Shown in pieces: positions 1 through 13,579 of a stretch of DNA of 64,000 nucleotides. The stretch comes from Octopus vulgaris (Eukaryota), in the NCBI GenBank assembly GCA_951406725.2, contig OX597838.1:27404001-27468000 (forward strand), written 5' to 3'. The stretch's first letter is position 1; each line of letters starts with the position of its first letter. A program made the position numbers and the translations under genes. Below the pieces are notes generated by a model. The model ran no database searches. It was given only the letters and a program-made list of their open reading frames with translations, and was not told the DNA's origin.

Positions 1-24
1 TATATGTATGTATGTATGCATATT

Positions 25-71
<47 letters not shown>

Positions 72-925
72 GTATGTGTGTGTGTGTGTGTATTTTGTGT
101 ATGTACATATATCTACGTATGTGTGTCTTCACCCATCTGTTATCCTTCATACTCATCATACGTTCAGACCAAGATAGACTTCATTAAATATCTTTGTTAG
201 CGGTGGATGGTGGTGAGTAGGGGGGGAGTCATTGCCCTGGCTATAAGCGTGTCCACCACAACCACAACCACCACTACCACTACCACCACCTAGACTAGTG
301 AGATTGATGCCGTTCTCTTTGTGTGTCTGCATGATGCGTTTGTGTGTGAGTAATGTGTTAAGTAAAAATATTCCCAGTTAACCCCCACCCTCCCACACGT
401 TATGGAAGAAGTTGGCCCCATTTGATTAAATAGAAATCACAAAAAAAAAAAGCACCAGACTAACAGTACCGGGTTTAGTATAATCGATATGAAACCTTTG
501 AAGGCAGTGCCCCAGCATGGCCACAGCTGAAAGACTAAAACCAGTCAGAGAAAGGAATATGTAAGGCTAACAGATTTTAATTTTTCAGTTAGAATTTCTC
601 CTTTTTTCTTCCTCCCATCAGCTTTTTGTCTTTTTTTTTTTTTTTTTTTATCGCAGACCCCCATCTAAGGTTTTGGTTCGCTGGACTAATGCAAAATTTT
701 ACTTTATAAAACTTTCTAAACTTTATATAATGGTTAAAACTGCCTTCTGGCACACATGCAGTATGTGTGTGACATTGCATACCAATGTGACTGCAATTTC
801 TTTCTTTCTTGTTTTTTTTTACTTTTGTTTTTGTGCCTTTTGAGGTCACTGACTTTTCATGGATGTTGTCATTGTCAGACACACAATATCATCTTTTCTG
901 TCTATCTGTCTCTGCCTCTCTCTCT

Positions 926-967
<42 letters not shown>

Positions 968-1099
968 TGGATGCTCATCCCTGTCCAGACTTTTACTTCT
1001 TCAGCCACTGGTTGATTCTAGAGGAAAGACAGCAACTGTATGAAAACTAACATAATATGTATAGAATAAAGGACGAAGCTCTTTTCCAAGACACATGGA

Positions 1100-1320
1100 C
1101 CCATAGGACAGGCTTCCTGGATTCTTTGGTTTTATATGCTCCACCTCCGGATGGGATGCTGGCCCATCGCAGGAATACTCATATTTGCTCACTGAATGGA
1201 CGAGAGCAATGTGAAATGAAGTGTTTTGCTCAAGAACACAATGTATTGCCTAGGCCACAAACTGAAACCATAATCTTGCAATTTTAAGTCCAACACTAAG
1301 CTCTGAGCTATGCACTTCCA
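1100..1320 (-). mobile_element. tRNA-derived CORE-type SINE (family 4), degenerate
   Basis: Minus strand carries tgtgttcttgagcaaaacacttcatttcacattgctc, shared with copies at 39350, 42392 and 42792. Confidence 0.7.
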
Positions 1321-1397
1321 CTGTGTGTGTGTGTGTGTGTGTGTGTGTATCTGTCTGTCTGTCTTTCGTTGGTGTGACATGAGAATTGACAAAACTA

Positions 1398-1800
1398 GGA
1401 ACTTCCAAGGCCTCAGGTTTTAATTTGGAGATTTCCTTCTCCTAGGTAGATTACCGACCAAGGTTAAAGAGCTTCTACCTGCCCATGAGTTAGGCTACTC
1501 CGTGCCAGACATCAAACCAACACCCAAACGCTCCACAGAGTGATTAAATATCATTCCGGTGTCCGATGTGGAGCAGCTCACACATGCATAAAGAAATCTA
1601 ACAGAGGCCTCGAAAAACATTTTAGGATGCACAAAGATCAAAACTTAACTGCAGCTCTTGGTGGTCCAAATCGGATATGCAATCTATGTGGGTGTCTTTT
1701 CAATACATTGTCTGGTTTAAAAAGCCATATCAGATGCCATGGTGGAACTAAGGTGTAAGTACAAGAGATGGGCAGACTCTGCATAAGGAGGAGACAATCA
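1398..1800 (+). mobile_element. RTE-clade LINE relic, apparently bipartite (5'UTR-like segment plus ORF2 C-terminal C2H2 zinc finger and 3' end)
   Basis: ORF 1540-1758 reads ...HFRMH...CNLCGCLFNTLSGLKSHIRCH, a C-x2-C...GLxSHxRxH finger typical of LINE ORF2 C-termini. The upstream motif ttccttctcctaggtagattaccgaccaaggttaaagagc resembles RTE 5'UTRs (from memory). Confidence 0.55.
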
Positions 1801-1845
1801 CCATGCATGCATGCATGTATGTATCTATCTATCTGTCTGTCTGTC

Positions 1846-1877
<32 letters not shown>

Positions 1878-3974
1878 GAGATAGATAGACAGATAAATAA
1901 ACACATACACACACACACAAACATGTAGAGGCCCATGGCCTAGTAGTTAGTGTTGAGCTCCTGATCATGACCACTAAGCCATGCACCTCCACAACATATT
2001 TTTCTATCTATCTGTCTGTCTGTCTATTTATCTATCAACTTGTGTGTGTGTGTACATGTATATATATATGTATGTATATATAGAAAGTACACACACATAC
2101 ACACATATATATATATGAAATATGTACTTTCTTTCAAGTTCACTTTCCTCTTTATGAACTACAAAACATGCCAAAAAAGATTCTCAGTTCTTAAAATAAA
2201 ACCACTGTCTTTCACAGCTCACTTGATATCCTTCATTGTTTTTCCTGTAAACTGATCCTCTACACTGTAATAATAAGATTTCGTGATAACTTACTGTGAA
2301 GGGGTGTGAGGTAATGAATGTGCTTATTTCACTCGCATCTTCAGTTGCCTCTAATATAAGACAACCTCTTTCACGTAACCGGTTCACAGGAAAAACCCCC
2401 ACCCTGTTATTTCTTGAGGAATGCTCCTGCTTACTACAACGGCTGCAAGAAATCTATGGATAGTGAGATGTCCTACGGTCCAAATCAATTTAGACATGCA
2501 AAGCTGTAACTGTAGCTTATAAGCGGTTGTACTTTTGAGAAATAGCATTCCAGATAGCTTGCTATGAAATTACAAAATGTATTTATTGTATTGCCGAGTG
2601 ATGCATACATTCCTGTATGTGTATACATGCATGCCTCTGTGTGTGTGTGTGTCTTTGGAGAGAGAGATAAAGATAGGCATGGCTGTGTTGTTGAGAAGTC
2701 TTATTGGTGTCTGTCTCACTGTGTGGAACCTTGAGCAAGTGTTTTCCCATTAGAACCCTGGACTGATCAAAGCCTTGTGAGTGGATTTGGTAGATGAAAC
2801 CTGAAAGGAGCCTCTGTGTGTGCATTCTTTTATAAAGTGGTTGGCATATTAGCAAGGGCATCCAGCTGTAGAAACCATTCCACAACTGACAACTGGAGCC
2901 TGGATAGCTCTCCAACTGACCAGCTCCTATCAAACCATGCAACCCATGCCAGCATGGAAAATGTTATAATGGTGTATATATATATATATGTATGTGTATG
3001 TGTATATATATTTCATCATCATCATTGTTTAACGTCCGTTTTCCGTGCTAGCACGGGTTGGACGGTTCGACCGGGGTCTGGGAAGCCAGGAGGCTGCACC
3101 AGGCTCCAGTGTGGCGGTCCCTGCAGTACTCTTTTGCTGCAACTTTCTCTCACTCTTTCTTCTGTTGGCCTGCTCGCTTAGCCAGCGGGGTGGCATCATT
3201 TGAAGGCTAAAACAATGCGAAGCACGTTGTGACCAGCGATGTGTAGCAACATCTGATAGCCTGGTCGCCCACATGATATATATATTACATGTATATGTAT
3301 GTATGTGTGTGTAAATGTGATTCTGTGTACCTTATTGTGACATAATATAATGGTTGTAAGCAAGCATCACTGTCATACATGCAGTGTTGCTTGTTTCCAA
3401 TCTTCTTTGAAAATATGCCCAGCTGAGGGGAAATATTACCTTACAAGTGAGGGTTGGTGGCAGGAAGGGCACCTGGCCATAGAAAATCTGCCTTAACAAA
3501 TTCCATTTGATCTATGTAAGCGTGGACATGTAGACATTATAATGATGATGAAATGATTGTGTGTGTATGTGTAAGAATCATATTGATGGCTGTTAAGGAT
3601 GTGGCAAGAGAAATTCATTAAAACACCTGTCAGATAAATCAACTCTGGCTGTAACATTAAGAAGATATAATATCTATTTAAATCACATTTTCTCCATAAC
3701 ATGTTATGAGCCTGATATCTGATTTCTGTCTATCATGACAGGAAAGTATTCCTTCTTTGTGATGAAGTGATGAGCAGTAACAAAAATCTGCAGCCTTTAT
3801 TTTATTTGCTGGGTCTGGAGAAAGGAACAGTGTCCATGCCCTTCAGTAGTCCAGTCATCAGGACAGTAGAATGTATTTCTCCTACAAGAAATGAAAGAAG
3901 GACCAGACGCTCCAATTTGGTGAAATGGGGACTGCGTAAACCACGATGGTCAAGTGTAAACCATGATGGTGGAG

Positions 3975-4192
3975 GTAAGGTGGTGAACTGGTAGAATCGT
4001 TAAAATGTCAGGCAAAATGAAATGCTTAGCAATATTTCATTTGTCTTTAAGTTTTGAGTTCAAATTCTGCCATGGTCAATTTTGCCTTTTTCCCTTTTGA
4101 TTGAAAAGGAGTACCAGTTGAGTACTGGGGTTGATATAATTGACTGACTCTTCCTCTGAAAGTGCTGGCCTTGTGCCAAAATTTAAAACCAA
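3975..4192 (+). mobile_element. tRNA-derived SINE family 2 (Meta-like core), old copy
   Basis: ggtgaactggtagaatcgtt...gagttcaaattctgcc...gtaccagttgagtactggggttgat...ggccttgtgccaaaattt matches the young copies at 52955 and 59670. Confidence 0.75.
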
Positions 4193-5169
4193 TATATGGT
4201 GAAGGTGATGCATGCATTCACTACCTCTGCCCAACCTTTCCGATATCTTCCTTGTAGCCCTTTATTTAAGATGAGCTTAGCCACTTGGCTTGTAACCGCA
4301 TCCCTCTAGGGGTCTGGCTAGAACCAGCCTTCAAGCATTTTAATCAGGTAATCGGTTGAGTGCCTTGACTGCTGAATGGAAATAAATGCTTAAGTAATCA
4401 AAATCTTGGATGTAAATGCAGTTCTAATTTAGCTGCGATTTTGCCGAGTGTATAACTAAAATGACAACCATTGCCATGCTTACTCAGAGAGGAATGCAAA
4501 GAAAATACAAATAAAATTCATATAAATTTCATCCACTTTGGAAATTGTGTGCAAAGCTGAAGTTATTGGCTGAGAATAGAATATATAAAAATGATTGTTG
4601 TTGTTCATATGTGGCTTAATCTTCCAAAAGAGTGGGTTGAAGTTTGATCAGATACAATTTCATAGTTTTTTGGTTTTTTTTCCTCCCCTGTGCATATTTT
4701 TTTGTTTTTGTGTTGTTGAGGAATCTATGAAAGTCATTTGAAATTATTTTAGTTATTTTGACAAGTCTTGTCAGTATTGTAAGCTAAACTGGTAAGGAAT
4801 TTTCAAATTGAAGTGACTGAACCGTAAGTGCTGAGCTGTTATTTTAATCAATTCCGAAACATGAAGTTTCTAAGTTTGATATTGTTTTTGTTAAATTATT
4901 ATCATTATTATTATTTTTATGTTTGTGTTTATAGGGTTTATACGAGGTACTTTGTTATAATTAATCTCTGGTGCTGTGGAATAAAATGCTCTGTAGTATT
5001 ATATTATGCTTGTGTTCTGCGTTCAAATTTTGCTGGCAATCTTTCCTCTCATCTTTCCAGGATTGATGAAATAAATATTAATGATTTGTAGAGATGCGGT
5101 ATTTTGTTATGCAATCATAATCTGTATATATAAAATTCACTGTGTGTGTGTGTGTTTCCTCTATGCAAG

Positions 5170-5425
5170 GCTAAACCACTGGACCAGGAGAATGCATCTA
5201 CGAAGCAATTGCCCCAGTTCCCCTTCAGAGTTGGCAAAAGCGATGTGGTGGACAACAAAAAACCTGGCTGATGACGGTCAAAGCTGATCTGGAACCCAAC
5301 CTAAGCCCCCATATCTATGGCGTTCGCCGCTGAAATAAGGAGTGATTAGAGATCACATGGTCGTTAGGCTCAAATCGCCAGGTCTGGTCGATGTTTGTGA
5401 GAGATGCAGCAATGAGGATGAAGAT
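5170..5425 (+). mobile_element. RTE-clade LINE ORF2 3' relic
   Basis: Translates to ...KRCGGQQKTWLMTVKADLEPNLSPHIYGVRR*NKE...; near-identical inverted copy at 32258-32630. Confidence 0.8.
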
Positions 5426-5569
5426 TCTAGTATACTATAAAATATATACCAAACGTTTTCATGAGTCCATAATGTGTCCTACTGTGTCCTACTGTGTTAG
5501 CAGTGCGCTGGCTATAATTTCTATAGAATATCTGTAGAGACAACCTTAACAAGTGATGAAATAAATACC

Positions 5570-6312
5570 TGTCAAAATATGCTGAGTTGAAAATATGCTG
5601 AGGTTAACTTTACTTTTCATCCTTTCACAGTTGATGAAGTCCCATTTCAGCATTGGAATTGATGTAATTGACTAGGTCCCTCTCTCAAAAGTTCAGCCCT
5701 TGTGCATGTAATAGAAAGGTTTATAACTGAAGATGGTCAGCTGGCAGAATGTTCAGCGGCAATTCTTCGAGTTTTATGTTCCAAGTTCCAAATCAGGGAG
5801 TCAACTTTACTTTTCGTTCTTTGAGGATCCTTTTTACTATCGGACTTGTGCCGATAATAGAAAGGATTGTTATTAAAGGTGGCAGGCTGGCTGGCAGAAT
5901 TGTTAGGATATTGGACAAAATGTTTAGTGGCATTTCCTTTGGTTCTTTATATTTTGTGCTCAATTCCCTGTAATCGACTTTGCTTTCCAACCTTCAAGGT
6001 TAATGAAATTAATACCAGTTGAGCTCTAAAATTGATGTAATCAATCCCACCCCACCAAAAAAAATTGCTGACCTTCTACCAAAATTAGGAAGGATTGTTA
6101 TTTTTATAAAGGTGTCAAGTTAGCAGATTCATTAACATATTGGATGAAATGCTAAGCGGCATGTCTTCCAGTTCTTCACTTCTTGAGTTTAGATGCCACT
6201 GAGGTCAACTGTCATCCTTTCGAAGTTAATAAAATTAGTACCAGTTGAGCTCTGGGGTCAATGCAGTCTAGTTCTCCCTCCCCTCAAAATTATTGGTCTT
6301 GTGCCAAAATTA
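5570..6312 (+). mobile_element. Head-to-tail array of about 4 old family-2 SINE copies
   Basis: ctggcagaa...gtcaacttt...ttgtgcc units recur near 5590, 5740, 5890 and 6120, joined by aaggattgttatt-type tails. Confidence 0.75.
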
Positions 6313-7221
6313 CAGTTTGGAGCTAACTAGGGGTTCAACAACTTCATCATATTTACTCAGGTGTTCTTTATGATACTTTATCTATGCTCAGTGGTGGTGC
6401 CGCAGCAGGGCAACAGCTCACGGGTCGAAACAGGTAAAAGAGTAAGAGTATGTTAGAAGAGGGATTAATGACCCTTTTTTTTAAGTTCCATATGGCCACA
6501 GCATCACCTTATTCACTTATTTACTAGGCAGCTTTCCAGAAGACCTTCAAGAAACAACTCCCTTTCATCTTTGTTGTTGCTGCTATCTTCCCTATCAAAC
6601 TGGAATATTCTTTGATAAGTTAAAAAGTTTGCCTCATGGTGATTAGCTCATTTGAGAAACTTGATGAATTTGACAAAAATGGTTTCTTTCCTGGATGGTG
6701 ATGGGGAGTATGTTATTTGCTATTTAAATATCGCCACCCTTTGTATGTCGTAGCAAATTTGTCTCCTGATATTTTAGATGTGGGAGGCATCAATGGAAAG
6801 CGGTTAAGCAGAGAAACAAAGTAATGACTGTTGCTGCGTTCATGTCTAAAATGTTGAAATTTGAGTTGACGAAGGGCTTCCCCTTTAGTTGCTCAATTTG
6901 CTAGAAACAGTAGATTTGTACTTCTTTGAAATTAATGAAGTCTCAAAACTTCTGGAATGCACCTTGTATGTCTTCCTTGTGTTGTAGTGATAATGATACT
7001 AAGAAGAATGTGATAGAAAAAAATAAAGCCAATCCCGAGATTTTGAGGCAGTTTATTCAAGTGTTGGTGGGTTAATCCAGAGAATGGTATTTTATCTATC
7101 AAAGAATGATAGTCTAATGATTTGTAATGACAACGGTATGTAGTGGCTGTTAGGAAGTATGATTTTTATATTTTTGTTTATTTTATTCTCTACTTTTATT
7201 TTTTAAATGTTTTGTTTATTC

Positions 7222-7225
<4 letters not shown>

Positions 7226-7271
<46 letters not shown>

Positions 7272-7480
7272 GTATATGTGTATATATGTATATGTGTGTG
7301 TGTGTATATATGTATATGTGTGTGTGTGTATATATGTATATGTGTGTGTGTGTATGTATATATATGTGTATGTGTGTATATATGTATATGTGTGTGTGTG
7401 TATATATGTATATGTGTGTGTGTGTATGTATATATATGTGTGTATATATATGTATATGTGTGTATGTATATATATGTGTG

Positions 7481-7519
<39 letters not shown>

Positions 7520-7522
7520 ATG

Positions 7523-7559
<37 letters not shown>

Positions 7560-7566
7560 ATATATG
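7226..7566. repeat. Compound (TA)n/(TG)n microsatellite
   Basis: Seen directly; source of the spurious YIYI/CVCV ORFs. Confidence 0.95.
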
Positions 7567-7787
7567 TTACACATATGAAATAATATCCATGTCATGTTAA
7601 GAACGTATTAAAAGTGGTTTCTAATAGGGCAATTCATCATGTTCTGGTAAGTGAGAAGGGGGAAGAAGGATTGGGTGAAATGAAATCCGATGATGAAACA
7701 ATTACCGGAGGTGTTGCATGCAAGTGTACTTCCTTTTTGTTCTTTCTTTTTCTTTAAAGACAAAATAACCAGGAAGTGTTTAAAGAT

Positions 7788-7946
<159 letters not shown>

Positions 7947-8312
7947 AATAAAATTTGCCGACCAGCTAATGACCAAATGTTGTAAACGATAACAGGATGG
8001 AAAGTAGATGTAGAAATATTTATTGTTATGGAGTTTGAGACAAAAAAAGTTTGTGTGTGTGTGAGTATTTGTTTTATTAGGAATTAAGGGAATTAATTGT
8101 TCAACGTTTATGTAATCATCAATGTCTGTAATTTAACATCTGCTTTGCCCTACTTATGTCAGACAGGATTTGTTGAGGCAGATTTTCTACGGCCAGATGC
8201 CCTTCCTGTAATCAACCCTTATATGTTCATAATTGTCTCTCATATTCGCCTAAAAAAAATCTAAGTTCTTAGATATCAGTCATTGACTAATTTCATTCTT
8301 TCTCAATCACAT

Positions 8313-8525
8313 TACTCTCTTTTACTCTTTTACTTGTTTCAGTCATTTGACTGCGGCCATGCTGGAGCACCGCCTTTAGTCGAGCAGATCGACCCCGGGA
8401 CTTATTCTTTGTAAGCCCAGTACTTATTCTATCGGTCTTTTTTGCCGAACCGTTAAGTGACGGGGACATAAACACACCAGCATCGGTTGTCAAGCAATGC
8501 TAGGGGGACAAACACAGACACACAA

Positions 8526-8590
<65 letters not shown>

Positions 8591-8746
8591 TACGACAGGC
8601 TTCTTTCAGTTTCCGTCTACCAAATCCACTCACAAGGCATTAATCGGCCCGGGGCTATAGCAGAAGACACCTGCCCAAGATGCTACGCAGTGGGACTGAA
8701 CCCGGAACCATGTGGTTGGTAAGCAAGCTATTTACCACACAGCCAC
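8313..8746 (-). mobile_element. SINE family 1 (tRNA head, CORE-like segment, internal (TA)/(TG) tract, structured tail), young copy with 85-bp flanking duplication
   Basis: Minus strand gtggctgtgtggtaa (A box)...ggttccgggttcagtccc (B box)...cagtcaaatgactgaaacaagtaaaagag. Flanks 8228-8312 and 8747-8831 are identical. Confidence 0.9.
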
Positions 8747-9445
8747 CATAATTGTCTCTCATATTCGCCTAAAAAAAATCTAAGTTCTTAGATATCAGTC
8801 ATTGACTAATTTCATTCTTTCTCAATCACATATTTCTTTTTGGTTAGTTTTTTTTTTTTTTAATTGCTCCTTGCATCATAACTGTAAACATTAACTTACC
8901 TATTCATTTAAGGTGGTCATGTTGTGCAGCAATATGTTGCAGTTGTGCAGCAATATGTTGCAGTTGTGCATGGCAACAGTGTGTTTTTAGCCAATAGTTT
9001 CACTGCAGTTTTAATATCTTGTGTGACTGACAAAAGCTCCTTATCCATCCCCCCACTTTTTTTTTTTTTAAATTTGAGACCTAATGTCTATTTAAGAAAT
9101 ATTTATTTATTTATTTAAAAGCTTTTCATTTTTTTTTGCAAAATATTTCTTTGAAAATTATCAATATCATAATTTCGAAATTAAAAAAGACAAAAAAATG
9201 AAAACAGAAAGAAAAAGTGCAGGTTTTCTCTTGAAATTTTTATCTGTTTCAGTTTATTTCTATTTTTGCCAGTGTTTAGAAATATGAATATTTTTCTTGG
9301 AAAATGGTTTAAGCAATTTTTTTTCCCCTTCCTTCTCACACTCAAAATGTCTAAATCTTTTTGCAAAGCAAAAGTAAAATTTGTTTCGCTGATAATTCTT
9401 TGTCTAAGAATTTTGAAAAATATCAAATGTAAATAAGTATTATTA

Positions 9446-9816
9446 ATGTGCATGTGTGTGTGTGTATGTATGTATGTATGTATGTATGTATGTATGTATG
9501 TATGTATGTATGTATGTATGTATGTATGTATGTATGTATGTATGTATGTATGTATGTATGTATGTATGTATGTATGTATGTATGTATGTATGTATGTATG
9601 TATGTATGTGTGTGTGTGTGTGTGTATACATATATATATATATGTATGTATGTATACATATATGTATATGTATGTATACATATATGTATATGTATGTATA
9701 CATATATGTATATGTATGTATACATATATGTATATGTATGTATACATATATATATGTATGTATACATATATGTATATGTATGTATCTATATATATGTATG
9801 TATACATATATGTATG

Positions 9817-9857
<41 letters not shown>

Positions 9858-10012
9858 GTATGTATACATATATGTATATGTATGTATACATATATGTATA
9901 TGTATGTATACATATATGTATATGTATGTATACATATATGTATATGTATGTATACATATATGTATATGTATGTATACATATATGTATATGTATGTATATG
10001 TATGTATATGTC

Positions 10013-10064
<52 letters not shown>

Positions 10065-10137
10065 TATACATATGCATGTATACATATATGTATATGTGTC
10101 TGTATACATATATGTATATGTGTGTATATGTGTCTGC

Positions 10138-10175
<38 letters not shown>

Positions 10176-10180
10176 ATATA
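9446..10180. repeat. (TATG)n array followed by a ~22-bp higher-order TA/TG minisatellite and (TA)n
   Basis: Seen directly; unit tatacatatatgtatatgtatg recurs. Confidence 0.95.
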
Positions 10181-10621
10181 TTTTAGTCACCACCTTGGTT
10201 TTGCGTTCCTTCATACACTGAGTTATCCCATTTTTTTTTTGTTCTCATCATCAGATGTGTTGAAAGTTTCCAGATAAAATATTTTATTAATAACTTTGCT
10301 GACGTAAAAATAATAAATTATTATTATTATTATTGTTGTTTTTTTCCGCTCTTTTCCTTCTTTGCTCTTTTCCTTCTTTGCTCTTCTGGTATTTTAATAA
10401 AAATGACATTTCAGAAGTTCCTTTCTTGACCCCGTGTTAATTAAGACCATGTGTTCACGTTAAAACATACATTTTTAGGTATTCACTCAAGACATTATAA
10501 TAATAATGATTAGCAGAAGTAAAAAAAAAGGAAGGACAAAAAAAAAATACCAAGGTAAAATGTTATTTTAGTCTGAAGAAGGACTCTGACTGGAACTTGG
10601 TTCTTCTGGCGGCATCTTTCA

Positions 10622-10827
10622 TCTTTTACTTGTTTCAGTCATTAGACTGCGGCCATGCTGGGGCACCATCTGGAATAATTTGTTTTAGTCAAATGAATCA
10701 ACCCCCAGTACTTTTGCTTTGTTAAGCCTGGTACTTCTTCTATTGGTCTCTTTTGCTGAACTGCTAAGTCACGGGGACATAAACACACCAACACCGGTTG
10801 CTAAGAATGGTGGAGAACTAACAGACT

Positions 10828-10864
<37 letters not shown>

Positions 10865-10985
10865 CTGGCTTCTTTCAGTTTCCATTTTCCAAATGAATTC
10901 ACAAGGTTTTGGTTGGCCCGAGACTATAGTATAATACACTTGCTCAGGGTGCTACACAGTGGGACTGAACCTGCAACCATGAGGT
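10622..10985 (-). mobile_element. SINE family 1, older copy
   Basis: Same module order as 8313-8746, more diverged. Confidence 0.8.
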
Positions 10986-11161
10986 CTGGATAACATTGGT
11001 GGCATGAAAAATGGGAGGCTGGTATGCATGGGCAGCTGCCGGTCTTCCATAAACAACCTTGCCTGGACTTGTGCCTCAGAGGGGAACTTCCTAGGTGCAC
11101 TCCCATGGTCATGCATACACCTAAAAAGAAAGAAAAGGAGTGGAGCAAAATTTATGAATCA

Positions 11162-11558
11162 GGCGCAGGAGTGGCTGTGTGGTAAGTAGCTTGCTTACCA
11201 ACCACATGGTTTTGGGTTCAGTCCCACTGCGTGGCATCTTGGGCAAATATCTTCTATTGTAGCCTTGGGCTGACCAAAGCTTTGTAAGTGGATTTGGTAG
11301 ACGGAAACTGAAAGAAGCCCGTCGTATATATGTATGTATATATATGTGTGTGTGTGTGTGCGTCTGTGTTTGTCCCCCTAGCATTGCTTGACAATCAATG
11401 CTGGTGAGTTTACGTCTCTGTCACTTAGCGGTTCAGCAAAAGAGACCAATAGAATAAGTACTGGGCTTACAAAGAATAAGTCCCGGGGTTGATTTGCTCG
11501 ATTAAAGGCGGTGCTCCAGCATGGCCGCAGTCAAATGACTGAAACAAGTAAAAGAGTA
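11162..11558 (+). mobile_element. SINE family 1, full length
   Basis: ggcgcaggagtggctgtgtggtaagtagcttgcttaccaaccacatgg...cttgggcaa...tcaaatgactgaaacaagtaaaagagt. Confidence 0.9.
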
Positions 11559-11843
11559 AATCAACTGAAAGACTACAGAATTTAGGCCTCAACCGAGATA
11601 TTACCAGAGGGCCGAGCTAGTACTCTTTTCCTTTTACATGTTTCAGGCCATGCTGGGGCACTGTCATTAGGGAATATTTAACTAGTAGCTCTGTGTGTTA
11701 CTATAACCTTTGTGAGCTATTGCATGTATGACAGCAGCTTGTGTTGGATAGTATTGTTGGTGAATTGCTAGCAACCGAGTTCCAAAGCTAAAATCTCTTA
11801 GACTGGTTTCAACATACTGTTTCTGCATCTCTTTCTCCCCTCC

Positions 11844-11884
<41 letters not shown>

Positions 11885-12063
11885 AAACTCTATGGAAACT
11901 GGAGACAAGTACCTGTTGTATCAGAGCTAAAGTTAATCCCCTTTCGTAAGAGGATTAGCTGTGTAGCTTGGCTTGTAATTAGGTCTGCAAGGTAGAGTGA
12001 GAAGAAATGATATTAGATAGGTTTTAAAGAACCTGTCCTCCATTCCTCCATTCACTCATTCTT

Positions 12064-12355
12064 TTAATAATAATAATAATAATAATAATAATTATAATAA
12101 TGATAATAATAATAATGATGATGATGGTGGTGGTTTCAAATTTTGCACAAGAGCAGCCGTTTGCAGGAGTAAGGGACTAGTCGATTACAGTGACCCCACT
12201 GTTTCACTGGTACTTAATTTATCGACCCTGAAAGGAGGAAAGGCAAAGTCAACCTTGGCGGAATTTGAACTCAGAATGTAAAGACGGATGAAAAAATGCC
12301 GCTAAGCATTTCGCCTGGCATGCTAACGATTCTGCCAGCTTGCTGCCTTGATAAA

Positions 12356-12388
<33 letters not shown>

Positions 12389-12601
12389 CCTTTCTGCTAT
12401 AGGCACTAGGCTTGAAACTTTGGGAGATGGGGCTAGTTGATTACATTGACCCTTGTGCGTAACTGGTACTTATTTCATCGATCCCGAAATGATGAGAAGC
12501 AAAGTCAACCGTGGCGGAATTTGAACTCAGAATGTGCAGATAGACGAAATGTTGCTAAGCGTTTCTCCTGGCGTGCTAATGATTCTGCCAGCATGTCGCC
12601 T

Positions 12602-12640
<39 letters not shown>

Positions 12641-13130
12641 GTTTCAAATTTTGGCTCAAGGCCTGGAAGTTTGGGGAGTGAGGTAGGTCAATTATATTGA
12701 CCCCAGTATTCAACTGGTAACTTAATTTATTGACCCTGAACTTCAGCAGTTAATAATAATGATGATGATGATGATAACAACAACAACAACAACAACAACA
12801 ATAATCCTTTCTACTAAAGGCGCAAGGCCTGGATTCTTCAGGGAGAGGCTAGTTGATTACATCTACTCCAATGCTCAATTGGTACTTATTTTATTGACCC
12901 CCAAAATATGAAAGACAAAGTTTTCCAACACCAACATTTTTGCCAGTTCGCTATCATAATCCTAATAATAATGATCATCAACCCCCCACCCCACCAATAA
13001 TAATTCATTTTATTGATCTCATTGATCCCAAACGGATGAAAGGTAAAACTCTGAACATAGAAAACTGGAACAAATGCACTGACAGGTTTCCCAATCTCAA
13101 ATGCTGCTGCTAATTTGTCACCCTTCATAT
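12064..13130 (-). mobile_element. Cluster of family-2 SINE copies separated by (AAT/GAT/AAC)n tracts
   Basis: ggcaaagtcaacc..ggcggaatttgaactcagaatg occurs near 12240 and 12500; partial copies near 12640, 12810 and 13010. Confidence 0.8.
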
Positions 13131-13226
13131 AAGAATAAAACTATTTATTTCAAATTTTAACGCAAGACAAGGCCAGCAATTTTGAAAAAAAAAGTGGGGT
13201 TTGTCAACTATATTGATCACCTAGAG

Positions 13227-13571
13227 CAAAGGTTCTCAAATTGGGCGTTGCTGTCTCTCCCCCCCCCCCCGGCATTGAGACAGTCCAAGTGGGCGCTGGT
13301 GCCTAAGGGGATGGGGGGGGGGTGCTGTAGAGAAAAAGGGGGCATTGGGAGGAAGGCAGTGAATTGGGGTCACTATGAATTTATTATAATATCATTATAG
13401 TATTGTATACAAATTATATAATATTATATTAAATATCAAATGATTCATAGTATATGTAAATTAGTAAAATATAAAATATTTATTTATGCATAAAATAGGG
13501 GTGGGGTGCTGAGGGTATTATGTGGCCATGAGGGTGGGGGGGTTGTGGCCCAAAGAGTTTGAGAACCTCTG
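13227..13571. mobile_element. hAT/Charlie-type MITE
   Basis: TIRs caaaggttctcaaa / tttgagaacctctg; 8-bp TSD acctagag at 13219-13226 and 13572-13579. Confidence 0.85.
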
Positions 13572-13579
13572 ACCTAGAG

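Noticed and set aside
1540-1758. C2H2 zinc-finger host gene
   Set aside because: Isolated degenerate finger with the LINE-type GLxSHxRxH pattern, no TGEKP linkers, embedded in RTE-like sequence.
2306-2352. Minus-strand gaggcaa-CTGAAGA-tgcgagt-GAAA...ttacctc hammerhead-like motif
   Set aside because: Stem II is at most 2 bp, and no valid stem III/UH register fits with stem I.
7618-7653. Possible 19-nt microexon tttctaatag|GGCAATTCATCATGTTCTG|gtaagt
   Set aside because: Good donor but very weak polypyrimidine tract; cannot be supported without RNA data.
11162-11235. tRNA-like A/B boxes at SINE heads (all families)
   Set aside because: They continue into SINE bodies and lack a full cloverleaf and terminator; not tRNA genes.
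11507-11545. SINE tail hairpin followed by GAAAC read as a hammerhead or HDV-like ribozyme
   Set aside because: No CUGANGA upstream and no HDV P1/P3/L3 topology; kept only as a structured tail.
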